A DNA stretch of 64,000 nucleotides from an uncultured archaeon. GTDB lineage: Archaea; Aenigmatarchaeota; Aenigmatarchaeia; PWEA01; JAGHBM01. Position 1 is the first letter of the stretch. Every line of letters begins with the position of its first letter. Shown here one piece after another: positions 47,546 to 57,494 of this stretch. The stretch spans positions 98,974 to 162,973 of the forward strand of contig CAZOZN010000002.1 in NCBI GenBank assembly GCA_964584335.1. The letters are read 5' to 3'. Below the pieces are notes generated by a model. The model made no database searches and was not told the DNA's origin. It was given only the letters and a program-made list of their open reading frames with translations. Position numbers and translations under genes: made by a program.

Positions 47546-48613
47546 TTATATTTTAAGAAATCTGGATTTGGTCAAGATATCAAATTTTTTACCTCTCATC
47601 AAAAAATCATTTTCTATCCTGGAGCCGCCGACCCCATCCACATAAACACCCGGTTCTATTGTAAAAGTCATGTTTTTCTTTATTCTGACATTGCCCCGGG
47701 GAGAAATTGAAGGATAATCATGAACCTCGAGACCAAAACCATGCCCCAAACCATGTTTAAGTTCGAATCCCCTATCTTTAATTAATTTTTCTGCGGAAAG
47801 GAAAAGATTCCTAGCCAAAACTCCGTTTTTTAGCTTCTTGAGCGAAAAAATATATGCATCTTTTACTGTATTGACTATCTTTTCCTCTGTTTTGTTAAGA
47901 CTGCCAATAGAAAAGGGTACTGTGACGTCGGAACAATAGCCATCGTACCTCACACCAAAATCAATCAGTCCGAGTCCTCTGCTTATTTTATTATCAGAAA
48001 AAGAAGGGAATGGGTGTATATGTGAAGATTTCTTTGAAGAAGTGACTATAGTGGGAAAAGACATCCCCTGTGCCCCATTATGAATTAGTTCTCTCTCTAA
48101 TGAAAGAGCCATCTTTTTTTCCGTAATGCCTTTTCTTAAGTTTTCTTTTATAAATTCTATTCCTTTGTTGGTTATTTTGCAAGCCTTCTTTATTTTGTCA
48201 ATCTCAAATTCGTCCTTTATTGTCCTTAATCGTGAAACTATTTCCGATATGTCAAATGTTTTTTTAATTTTTTTTGAAATTCTTAGCGGAAAAATTCTTT
48301 CGTCAACACCAACAACATCATCTTTATTTATTTTTTTTGATAATATGGCAGAAAGTTTTTCTTTCTTTTCAATAATCTCGTCCGCCTCGTTTCCCTTTGA
48401 CCTGTTAAAATCAAGAGAAGACAATATTAAAGTTGTTTTTTCTTTATCCACTAAAAAACAAGAAAAAGAATGATATTTTTCCTGCTCGAATCCTGTAAAA
48501 TAATAAATATTGGGGTCATCTATCGGTTCGCATGAAAAAAACAAGCAGACGTCTATTTTATTTTTCTCCATCTCTTTCCTCAGCCTTTTAAGTCTTCTAG
48601 AGAAAACCATCAT
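47546..48613 (-). CDS. M24 Xaa-Pro aminopeptidase
   Basis: DFG..YDGYCSD, HGLGHGFGLEVHD, TIEPG, RIEND. Confidence 0.95.
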   Translation of the reverse strand: MMVFSRRLKRLRKEMEKNKIDVCLFFSCEPIDDPNIYYFTGFEQEKYHSFSCFLVDKEKTTLILSSLDFNRSKGNEADEIIEKKEKLSAILSKKINKDDVVGVDERIFPLRISKKIKKTFDISEIVSRLRTIKDEFEIDKIKKACKITNKGIEFIKENLRKGITEKKMALSLERELIHNGAQGMSFPTIVTSSKKSSHIHPFPSFSDNKISRGLGLIDFGVRYDGYCSDVTVPFSIGSLNKTEEKIVNTVKDAYIFSLKKLKNGVLARNLFLSAEKLIKDRGFELKHGLGHGFGLEVHDYPSISPRGNVRIKKNMTFTIEPGVYVDGVGGSRIENDFLMRGKKFDILTKSRFLKI

Positions 48614-49170
48614 ACCACAGATACAAATTTGTTTCCTTTAATATAAAATCTTAGCCTTAGTTTTTCTCCCTTACTGAGCCCGATTCTTGTTGTTCTTACA
48701 ATTTCACTTGGCAAATAATTGTCCAGTACGTAAATTTTGTTTCCGGTCAATTTTTCACCGTTGTGCTCTCTATTTATTCCAAGAGCCTGTGTAAGTCTGC
48801 CCGGCCCGTTAGTCAATTCCTCACTTCCACGGTTCAACTTCATTATATCAATACCCTCCATGGGTTCTAATGCTCTTATAAGAACGGCGCCTGCCTTTCC
48901 CCTATCCTCTGTAGTAAAATTAAGACAATGGTACATTCCGTATATAAGATAAACATAAACACACCCGGTTGTATCGAACATTATGCTGTTTCTGGGTGTT
49001 CTTCCTCTTGAAGCATGGCTTCCGGGGTCTTTTTCCCCAAAGTAGGCCTCCGTCTCTACTATTTTTCCGCTTATAATTTTTCCATCTTTTTCATGGACGA
49101 GGACACAGCCCAGCAAGTCCCTTGCAACCTTGTCAGTCCTTCTCGAATAAAAATTCTCATTAAGTTTCAT
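48610..49170 (-). CDS. 3-methyladenine DNA glycosylase (MPG/AAG family)
   Basis: IVETEAY, YVYLIYGMY, AVLIRALEP, NGPGRL. Confidence 0.95.
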   Translation of the reverse strand: MKLNENFYSRRTDKVARDLLGCVLVHEKDGKIISGKIVETEAYFGEKDPGSHASRGRTPRNSIMFDTTGCVYVYLIYGMYHCLNFTTEDRGKAGAVLIRALEPMEGIDIMKLNRGSEELTNGPGRLTQALGINREHNGEKLTGNKIYVLDNYLPSEIVRTTRIGLSKGEKLRLRFYIKGNKFVSVV

Positions 49171-49249
49171 AATAATCAATTATATTATAAACTTAAAAAA
49201 TGTTATAAGGTTATATAAAAAAGTTACAAAATCTATTTGTGTGGGAAAA

Positions 49250-49936
49250 ATGAAAAACATAATCGAGCTAAAAAAAGTTAAGAAAATATACAAAATGGGT
49301 AAAATAGAAGTAAATGCGCTTAATGGTGTAAGTTTTAAGATAAACAAAAATGAGTTTATATCAATCGTCGGTGCCAGCGGTTCCGGTAAATCCACTCTTC
49401 TAAATGTCATGTGTTGTCTCAGCAGACCGACTGAGGGAAAAGTAACAATAGGAGGCAGAGATATATCAAAAATGGATGATAACGAGCTTGCTGTTATAAG
49501 GGGCAAAAAAATAGGTTTCGTGTTCCAGACATTCAACCTTATACAAAGGCTTAACGCAGTAGAAAACGTAACACTGCCCATGTGGTTTGTAGGAAAATCG
49601 GAAGGCGAAAGACGTGAAAGGGCATTGAAGTTGCTTAAGATGGTAGGCCTTGAAAAGAGGATAGACCACAGACCTTCCGAGATGTCCGGAGGAGAGAGAC
49701 AAAGAGTTGCAATAGCAAGGTCTCTTGCAAACAACCCATCAATAATAGTAGGTGACGAACCTACAGGAAACCTTGATTCAAAAACAGGAAAAGAAATATT
49801 AAATATATTTAAAGACCTATATAAGAAAGGGAAAACAGTTATACTTGTAACACATGACAAAAGTATCGCAAAACAGGCAAAAAAAAGAATATATCTAAAG
49901 GATGGTAAAATAGAAAAAACGGAGGGGAATAAGTAA
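49250..49936 (+). CDS. ABC transporter ATP-binding protein (LolD/MacB type)
   Basis: GASGSGKST, SGGERQR, DEPTGNLD, VTHD. Confidence 0.96.
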   Translation: MKNIIELKKVKKIYKMGKIEVNALNGVSFKINKNEFISIVGASGSGKSTLLNVMCCLSRPTEGKVTIGGRDISKMDDNELAVIRGKKIGFVFQTFNLIQRLNAVENVTLPMWFVGKSEGERRERALKLLKMVGLEKRIDHRPSEMSGGERQRVAIARSLANNPSIIVGDEPTGNLDSKTGKEILNIFKDLYKKGKTVILVTHDKSIAKQAKKRIYLKDGKIEKTEGNK

Positions 49937-50832
49937 TGAAAATAAAGTTTTTAGCAATAATATTAATTTCTTTTTTAATTTTACCCGGTGTGGCTCTAGC
50001 ACAAACAAAGACACCGACTATTTCTATATCGCAACTAAAATATGACCCACAGCCGGCAGAGACAGGAAACTACATGACACTTTGGTTACAGATATACAAC
50101 GCAGGTATAAACAAGGCAGAAAATGTTACATTTGAACTTATACCAAAATATCCATTCTCGCTTGACCCTAACGAAGACCCCCTGAGAGAATATCATAACA
50201 TACCAGGCCTTTACACTTTCATACCCGAATATAAAATAAGGGTTGACAAGGATGCGGTCGAAGGTTGGAACGAGATAGGATACAGGTATAAAATAAACAA
50301 CGGCCCTTGGGTAGAGGATGAAATAAACATATCAGTTAGCGAACCTCCAGATGAGGCGGAACTTAAGGCTTTTTACGTTTCAACGGAACCGAAACCATAT
50401 CCAGGAGGAGAAACTACACTTTCTATAGACTTGGCAAACATAGCATCGGGCTCCGCTTACTACACAGTAGTTGGCGCGGAAAGCGAAATAGCCGAAATAG
50501 AAGTAAACGAAATTTTTATAGGAACCATGGACGCGGACGACTTTGATACTATAGATTTTGACCTTGAGATAAAGGAAAACGTTGCTCCCGGAAAATACCC
50601 AGTCAAAATAAAATCTTACTATAAAGACAGTGACGATAAAAGATACGAATCAGAAAACGTTGTTTACATGAAAGTATATGACAAAAACGAAATATTGGAA
50701 GAACAACAAATAGAGACGCCTTGGTACCAGTATCTGGCTTACATAATAGTAGCTTTAATAATAATAAAATATTTCATAACACCGTTCGCAAAAAAAGTTA
50801 TTTCCTTCTTTAACAAGAAGAGAAAGAAATAG
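49936..50832 (+). CDS. COG1361-like S-layer/Ig-fold protein
   Basis: Signal peptide, YDPQPA...YPF, C-terminal TM; between ABC ATPase and permease. Confidence 0.75.
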   Translation: MKIKFLAIILISFLILPGVALAQTKTPTISISQLKYDPQPAETGNYMTLWLQIYNAGINKAENVTFELIPKYPFSLDPNEDPLREYHNIPGLYTFIPEYKIRVDKDAVEGWNEIGYRYKINNGPWVEDEINISVSEPPDEAELKAFYVSTEPKPYPGGETTLSIDLANIASGSAYYTVVGAESEIAEIEVNEIFIGTMDADDFDTIDFDLEIKENVAPGKYPVKIKSYYKDSDDKRYESENVVYMKVYDKNEILEEQQIETPWYQYLAYIIVALIIIKYFITPFAKKVISFFNKKRKK

Positions 50833-50841
50833 GTCAAGCCT

Positions 50842-52044
50842 ATGTCCGGGATTTGGAAAATTATATATAGAAATTTGACTTATCAAAAGCTTAGGACTGC
50901 CCTTACACTTTTAGGAATCATAATAGGAATAGGGGCCATAACATCGATGGTTACTCTGGGAGATTCTCTAGAAAATGCGATAAATGAACAGTTCGAACAG
51001 ATAGGCACGGATAAGGTAATAATAACACCCGGAGCCCCAAATTCTGTCGGTTTCTCCGGCTCTGCTTTTTCAACGGACAGTCTTACGGAAAAGGACGAGA
51101 AGGTTGTAGAAAGAGTAAACGGTGTTGAAACCGTATTCGGTATACTCAGCAAAACTGCTAAGATATCGATAGGAAAAGAAGATACTTACAGCACGGTTAT
51201 GTCGTGGGAAATTGAAAAGGCGGGGGACCTTTTTTCAGATATGCAGGGTTACGAGATAAAGGAAGGCAGGGACCTCAAGGAAAACGATAAATACTCCGTA
51301 GTTGTCGGTCATCTTGCAAAGACAAGGTTGTTTGAAAGGGAAATAAAATTAAGAGACAAATTAGAAATAAACGGAAGGAACTTTAAAGTTGTGGGTTTAC
51401 TTGAAAAAATAGGAAATCCGGTTGACGACATGTCAATTCTTATACCGATAGAATCTGGTAAGGAAGTTTTCAACAACAGCGACGAATTTTCGATGATTTT
51501 CGTGGATGTAAGAGATGATTTTGACATAGAAAAGGTTTCCGATAAAATAAAAGAAGAGCTTGAAAAGTCAAGAGGCGCAGAGGACTTTAAAGTACAGACT
51601 TTTGGAGATATATTGGAAATAGCAACGAATGTATTGGACGTAATACAGATTGTTTTTATAGGAATATCCGCAATATCATTGCTTGTGGGCGGTATAGGTA
51701 TAATGAATATAATGCTAATGACTGTTTTGGAAAGAACAAAGGAAATAGGAATAATGAAAGCCACCGGTGCAACAAACAGAACGGTGCTGGTTCTATTTTT
51801 GGGCGAATCTGCCCTGGTTGGTTTTCTTGGAGGTTTGGTTGGCTTCTCAATAGGATTTGTTGGTTCTTACTTTGTAGCACAATACGCAGCTTCCTCTGTT
51901 AGCATACCAATAAATGTTTACTTCTCCCCGGAATTGTTTGTAGGTTCAATACTGTTTTCTGTTCTTGTGGGGATGTTATCGGGGGCTTATCCTGCAAGAA
52001 AGGCTTCTTTGATGGATCCTGTTGATGCTCTTAGATACGAATAG
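50842..52044 (+). CDS. ABC permease (MacB/FtsX family)
   Basis: RTALTLLGIIIG, GGIGIMN, ERTKEIGIMKA, YPARKAS.MDPVDALRYE. Confidence 0.96.
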   Translation: MSGIWKIIYRNLTYQKLRTALTLLGIIIGIGAITSMVTLGDSLENAINEQFEQIGTDKVIITPGAPNSVGFSGSAFSTDSLTEKDEKVVERVNGVETVFGILSKTAKISIGKEDTYSTVMSWEIEKAGDLFSDMQGYEIKEGRDLKENDKYSVVVGHLAKTRLFEREIKLRDKLEINGRNFKVVGLLEKIGNPVDDMSILIPIESGKEVFNNSDEFSMIFVDVRDDFDIEKVSDKIKEELEKSRGAEDFKVQTFGDILEIATNVLDVIQIVFIGISAISLLVGGIGIMNIMLMTVLERTKEIGIMKATGATNRTVLVLFLGESALVGFLGGLVGFSIGFVGSYFVAQYAASSVSIPINVYFSPELFVGSILFSVLVGMLSGAYPARKASLMDPVDALRYE

Positions 52045-52103
52045 AAAAATTATAACATTGTTATATTTAAATATGTCAGAATCAAAAATATTCTTGTGAT
52101 TTC

Positions 52104-52433
52104 ATGAAACCTTTTTGCGAGTCAATGTCGCGTTACGTTATACCGACAATAAGAGCTTTGGTAGCAAGAGACTTGATAGAAGTGCATAAACTAAACCAAA
52201 AAGAAGCGGCAAAAAAACTAGGAATGACCCAACCCGCCGTTTCGCAATATAAAAAGCATACCAGAGGAGATAAAGCAAGAAAACTCGAAGAGGATAAAAA
52301 AATAAACAAAATGGTTTCAGAAATGTCCAATTCGCTTGCAAAAAACGAGATTGACTTTCAGGAAGCCGCTTCTGAAATTTGCAATATATGCAAATACATA
52401 AGAAGAAGAAAATTGACGAAAGAAATGTTCTAA
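52104..52433 (+). CDS. HTH transcriptional regulator (COG2522-like)
   Basis: PFCE...IPTIRA; QKEAAKKLGMTQPAVSQY...RG; CNIC. Confidence 0.88.
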   Translation: MKPFCESMSRYVIPTIRALVARDLIEVHKLNQKEAAKKLGMTQPAVSQYKKHTRGDKARKLEEDKKINKMVSEMSNSLAKNEIDFQEAASEICNICKYIRRRKLTKEMF

Positions 52434-53326
52434 AGTTTTACTTCTACAAATATTATCCTGGTTATAAAACCAGCCAAAGGAGAAAACAAAACAACCCTGA
52501 GCAGTTCAAGTATGGAAAAAATAACAAAGGGTATCATAAAAATTGAAAAGTTTATCAAAGATGACATGTTCGGAGAATCCAAAACCTTATCCACACCATC
52601 CTCTATTGTCTTTTTCTGTACTTCCGTGGCATTCGCGTATTGTTCAACAATCATTTCTCTCTGTTCTTCATTCAACATATCAAACTCTTCCGGAAGTTCC
52701 TCTCCCGTAGCGTTACCGAATTGTGTGGGCACCATCAAAAAAACAAAGTTCTTGGTCTCGTTTCTATATACGTTTGTATAATTATCTACCTCGTAGTATG
52801 TGTTGACAAAAAGAGTTAAAAACAATATAATATTCAAAATAAAAAAACACTTACTAATAGTCTTTGAGCCTATCCTGTATTTTTTCCATTTCTTTAATTC
52901 ACTCAGGTACATTACTGTAATAGAAGTAACCATCGTACCTGATAAAATAAGACCTATAGAAAAAAATAAAGAGTATACAGAAGGTCCTACCAAAAGAATG
53001 CCTATTATGGAAGGGATTAAAAAAGAAATAAAGCAAAGTTTTCTATCCTCACCAAAATTTACACCGTAAAAAACCAAAACAGAATAGGCAATGGTTATCG
53101 GTATAAAGGGTATCAAAAAAATCAGGGGTTTTGTAACAGAAGACTTTATAGCCTCGGCTGCTGTAGCACCCTTTGATATTGAAATAAAATCTTTGAAAAA
53201 TATTAAGGGATATTTTAAAACGTGATCTATAGACAAAGAAAAATTCTTTATAAAAACAAAAGAAAGCAAAACCAAAACTGATGTTAATGTTCCAAGAACT
53301 ATTCTTCTCTTTGTCTCGTTTTTCAT
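52430..53326 (-). CDS. Multi-pass membrane protein, unknown function
   Basis: Several hydrophobic helices. Confidence 0.7.
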   Translation of the reverse strand: MKNETKRRIVLGTLTSVLVLLSFVFIKNFSLSIDHVLKYPLIFFKDFISISKGATAAEAIKSSVTKPLIFLIPFIPITIAYSVLVFYGVNFGEDRKLCFISFLIPSIIGILLVGPSVYSLFFSIGLILSGTMVTSITVMYLSELKKWKKYRIGSKTISKCFFILNIILFLTLFVNTYYEVDNYTNVYRNETKNFVFLMVPTQFGNATGEELPEEFDMLNEEQREMIVEQYANATEVQKKTIEDGVDKVLDSPNMSSLINFSIFMIPFVIFSILELLRVVLFSPLAGFITRIIFVEVKL

Positions 53327-53330
53327 AAAA

Positions 53331-56300
53331 TCATTTCTTTTTGTTTTTTCCGATTTTGCTTAGATTCTTCTTTATCTTGATTATCCTCTTTGACAGCCTT
53401 TCTCCTATGGGTTTTTTAGTTCCGGGTTTTTTGTACTTGTATTTCTTTGGATAATAAGTGTTCTTTGGTGGCGGCAAAAACAAGTAAACCACAAAACCTG
53501 CTATTATAATAACTATAACACCGACAAACAACCAAACATAATTTTTGCTGTCCCCCAAAACTCCCTTTGAAATATCTCCCCCGCCAGCAGAAGATACCAT
53601 AACGCCAGCCTGTACTATCAAAGACTTTATCTCGTTTTCCATTTGCGCTGCATTGTAATAATCATCATTGTCTATATAATTCTTCATCTGGTCTATTTTT
53701 GTCTTTATTTGGTTTAGTGTATGATTCATCTCTGTGACATTTTCTCCGCTCTGGGAAAGCAATTTCATCTTATTCTCTAATTGTGTGTAGTTTTCCAGAT
53801 ATTCGCTGTAACTGGTGTTGACTCTCTCTTTTTCATTTTCAGAAGGAAGAACTATCAAAGTAGATGACTTTGAATCGTAAACATTATCATTGCTAACATT
53901 TATGGTTAATGAGTACTCCTTGACATTTGCGTCAAGGGGAACAGTTAAATTTACTGTAAATTCATCATCCTCGTTAGGAATTAAATCCAAATCATTTGGT
54001 TCGTATTCATACCAAGAAGATGATATTCCTTGTATTTCAATAATTATGTTGTTTTCATCTGCGTTGCCGTCGTTCATAACCTCTACTATAAACTCCTTGC
54101 TTGCTCCCTGCTCAACTGAAAGCGATGAGGGATATTTTTTAATATCCAAGTCCCTGTTAACGGTCGAGGTGGTTTGTGAAGTTCCTGTGCTGTCATCACC
54201 TGAAGTGGATATGTCATTGATATCTATTGTAAAATCTATATCATTGAATGATGGGTCATCTACATTTACATCCAAATCAACAGACACAGTATCTTCGTCT
54301 ATTTCACCCGCGTCTATTTCCCAGGTATACCAGCAAGTTTCTCCCTCGCTGATGCTTATGTTAAAGTAATACCAGTCTCCTTCGTCGTCTCTGCCCTTGC
54401 TGCCACAACCGCTCTTCAAATCATCCTGGTCAACACTCAAATGAGTGTTCTTGTCTTCAAGCGCTATTTCTCCTGTAGCAGTCTTGGGGCCGTAGTTTGT
54501 TACCGTCAGGTTTACTGTGCCACTGTCTCCCTCGTCCAAATCAAGATTGTCCACCTTAGCAAGCCATAGGGCGGGGTTGTTAATAACAAAAGTGTCGTTA
54601 GTCCCTTCTCCCGTGGAAATATATGAATCCTTCTTAAGACTTGCTGTAACATTAACATCATAATAACCACCCAGTATAGAACTGCTTCCGGGATATGTTG
54701 CATTAAGCCAATACTGGCCGAAAGCTGCCCTAAAGAAGGAACCGGAAGTATGTTCCTTTAAATCAGTAAAAGTTATCGTTGGTGACCATGATGTTTTGTT
54801 TTTGTTGTAAATCTTAACGCTTGTAAAATTTTCAACTTCCAGTCCAGTATACTCGGTGCCGTTGGCCAGGTAAGTCTCTATTTTAAGCGTTACGTTTTCG
54901 TCGCTAGAAGCTGCGGTTATTTCTTTGTCTCCGCTTTCTGTATTAAAATTTCTAAGATAAACAAAAATCTTATTCGTCAAATCAACTACCAATGAAATAT
55001 TAAAAGAATCGTATGGAGATGCTCCGTAATAAGTAGGCATTATCCATCCTTCATAATATCCTGTTGTATTTTGAAGCGAAGTGTTTACGGTAACGTTAAC
55101 ATAAAATGTTTCCGTGTCTCCTGGAGATATTGAAGATGGAAGACTATAAACAAACTTCATATATTCGGACGAGGAATTAAGATAAGAAGAATTGGTGTGA
55201 CCATAAAGTGAAATATCGGAATTGCCTGTGTTCCTTACATTAATTGGTATGATTACAGTTCTGTTGAATCCAAGATTATGAGACCTTGATATTGAAGAGC
55301 TGTTAAAAGAGCTGTTTATCATAAGCTCTCCGGTAGTTATATTGAAACTGAAAGGAAAGTTTATGGAAGACCCGCCTGAACTGTACTTTAAACTGCCTAA
55401 ATAATTTCCGCCGAGAGTTTTGTTCTGAACAGTAAGGTTAAAATTAATACCGACTGAATCGTTAACGTGTCCTAAATAATTAATATCAGCTGGTGTGAAG
55501 TTCGTGTTTATCCATTCGTTTTCGTCAACCCATCTCTTTATATTAAGCGTGTAAGGGCTCGTCTTATTTGTATTGTTCAAAACTTCGACCCTCCAATAAC
55601 CGTCATCCGACAACCCGACTCCCGTCGAGTCCTCTGTGTATTCCTCCTGCATGACAGATGAAATATTTGCATTAAAATAACCGCCGGAGGAAACGCCAAC
55701 AAGATTTTCGCCGGGGTCGTAAAGACTTATTGTGTAATTTGCCGAACCGGTCCAGTTAGCGCTAACGAAAATAGAAGTTATAAAATCTGGCATCCTTATA
55801 GAAAAATTGGCCGGATCGGATGCAGAAATATGTTCGGTGTGATAAAGTTCTTTAGTTTCCGTCAAAGAAGTATAGTTTATGCTTCCATCATTCTTTACCG
55901 TAATGTTTCTTTGTATAAAATCAGAAACATTGAGCTTTCCAAAATCCAACCTGCTTGAAATATCGGTGCCGTTTTGATATGTTATGTTAAGGGTAGAGAA
56001 ACTAATTGTTCCTGTATATGCTGTATTACAATTTACATCGCCAAAAACCCTTACCTCCCAGAACTCGTTATCGGGGAGATATTGATATTCCAATTTTTCC
56101 GAATTTCCTTGTATATTCTTTGCCTTCAGGTTACCGGAAGAATCCAAAAGAAACAAATCCAAATCAGAATTCAAGCTTATGGAAACAGTATTCGCTCCAT
56201 CTATCAGACTTGTGTTAAAATAATATGAATGGTAAGTTTCCGGGTTGGCCGGTAACTCACCCCTAAAGTAACCCCTTGCGGCTGTCTCGTTTAGTTCATT

Positions 56301-56822
56301 ACCCGAATATATGGGGATGTTGATTTCCAAAGGCATGAAATAGGAACTGTTCTCGCCTGTTATGTTAAGATGTCCCCAGTACCTTCCGGGAGGGCAAGTC
56401 TCATTCGCAAATATTAGCATCTTTGCAGAACCGCCCTGGGTTATGTTTGGTGTTAATATTGTTTCATGTCCTGTGGAATTTTTTGAATGCAATAAAAAAC
56501 TGACTGTGCTTCCTAAACCGCAGTTGTCAGATTCATAAGAACCTATTATACCTGACTGTGAATAATTTGAAAAAATTGTATTGCCAAAAGGGCTGGTTCT
56601 TTCATCGACATTAAGGTCCAAAACATTCCAAGTAGAATTTACACCAAAAGTAAGATTAGTCATGAAAGAGTTTGTCCAGTTAAGTCTTGTTACGTTTGGA
56701 GTAATGTTAAAATTTGCAACGGGCTCGCTCCAGGAAGTATTACCAAAAATCAAAACAGGCAAAACTAACAAAACAAAAAACGAGACCGACAAAACTCTTT
56801 TTAGTACCATTACCACACCCAA
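53331..56822 (-). CDS. Large cell-surface glycoprotein (Ig/CARDB-like repeats, C-terminal TM anchor)
   Basis: Signal peptide, many N-x-S/T sequons, Thr/Ser linker, coiled coil, TM + basic tail. Confidence 0.8.
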   Translation of the reverse strand: MGVVMVLKRVLSVSFFVLLVLPVLIFGNTSWSEPVANFNITPNVTRLNWTNSFMTNLTFGVNSTWNVLDLNVDERTSPFGNTIFSNYSQSGIIGSYESDNCGLGSTVSFLLHSKNSTGHETILTPNITQGGSAKMLIFANETCPPGRYWGHLNITGENSSYFMPLEINIPIYSGNELNETAARGYFRGELPANPETYHSYYFNTSLIDGANTVSISLNSDLDLFLLDSSGNLKAKNIQGNSEKLEYQYLPDNEFWEVRVFGDVNCNTAYTGTISFSTLNITYQNGTDISSRLDFGKLNVSDFIQRNITVKNDGSINYTSLTETKELYHTEHISASDPANFSIRMPDFITSIFVSANWTGSANYTISLYDPGENLVGVSSGGYFNANISSVMQEEYTEDSTGVGLSDDGYWRVEVLNNTNKTSPYTLNIKRWVDENEWINTNFTPADINYLGHVNDSVGINFNLTVQNKTLGGNYLGSLKYSSGGSSINFPFSFNITTGELMINSSFNSSSISRSHNLGFNRTVIIPINVRNTGNSDISLYGHTNSSYLNSSSEYMKFVYSLPSSISPGDTETFYVNVTVNTSLQNTTGYYEGWIMPTYYGASPYDSFNISLVVDLTNKIFVYLRNFNTESGDKEITAASSDENVTLKIETYLANGTEYTGLEVENFTSVKIYNKNKTSWSPTITFTDLKEHTSGSFFRAAFGQYWLNATYPGSSSILGGYYDVNVTASLKKDSYISTGEGTNDTFVINNPALWLAKVDNLDLDEGDSGTVNLTVTNYGPKTATGEIALEDKNTHLSVDQDDLKSGCGSKGRDDEGDWYYFNISISEGETCWYTWEIDAGEIDEDTVSVDLDVNVDDPSFNDIDFTIDINDISTSGDDSTGTSQTTSTVNRDLDIKKYPSSLSVEQGASKEFIVEVMNDGNADENNIIIEIQGISSSWYEYEPNDLDLIPNEDDEFTVNLTVPLDANVKEYSLTINVSNDNVYDSKSSTLIVLPSENEKERVNTSYSEYLENYTQLENKMKLLSQSGENVTEMNHTLNQIKTKIDQMKNYIDNDDYYNAAQMENEIKSLIVQAGVMVSSAGGGDISKGVLGDSKNYVWLFVGVIVIIIAGFVVYLFLPPPKNTYYPKKYKYKKPGTKKPIGERLSKRIIKIKKNLSKIGKNKKK

Positions 56823-56857
56823 ATCTTATAAATATAATATTAGATTAATTTATAAAT

Positions 56858-57355
56858 CTATTTACATATGTTTTGTCCCTGTTCATTAAGCACATTTTTC
56901 TTTATATATACCGGGCTATTTGTCCTAAGAGCAATCGCTATAGCATCGGAAGGTTTCGAATCCAATAAAAGTTCTTCTTTTCCTCTTTTCAATCCAATAG
57001 AGGCGTAATATATTTCCCCGTCAAAATCATCTATCTTTACCATCTCAACGGTTATATTGAAGTTTTCAACAGTATCAACAAGAAGGTCGTGTGTATTCGG
57101 CCTTATTTCAATCTCTTTCGCCAGCCCAAGCTTTATGGAATCGGCTCTTTCCTGCGTTGTGGTGGCCACTATAGCAGTACAGTTACTGCCCAGTACTATT
57201 GTTGAGTCTATAACATCAATAACATCTGCTTTGACATACTCGTTGGTGTCTATCTGTTCCACTATTCCCAAAACCCCGATGGAAGAAAAGAAAATTACTG
57301 TTAAGAAAACCAAAAAATATTTCTTCTTTAAATGTCCTGAATTTTTTTTGACCAT
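56858..57355 (-). CDS. Bifunctional nuclease (DUF151) family protein with N-terminal TM
   Basis: RPNTHDL, YYASI, DSKPSDAIAIALR..PVY. Confidence 0.88.
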   Translation of the reverse strand: MVKKNSGHLKKKYFLVFLTVIFFSSIGVLGIVEQIDTNEYVKADVIDVIDSTIVLGSNCTAIVATTTQERADSIKLGLAKEIEIRPNTHDLLVDTVENFNITVEMVKIDDFDGEIYYASIGLKRGKEELLLDSKPSDAIAIALRTNSPVYIKKNVLNEQGQNICK

Positions 57356-57385
57356 ATTATTAATTAACCCCGTTGAAAATAAATT

Positions 57386-57463
<78 letters not shown>

Positions 57464-57494
57464 AAAAACAATACATTTTATTATATCAAAAAAC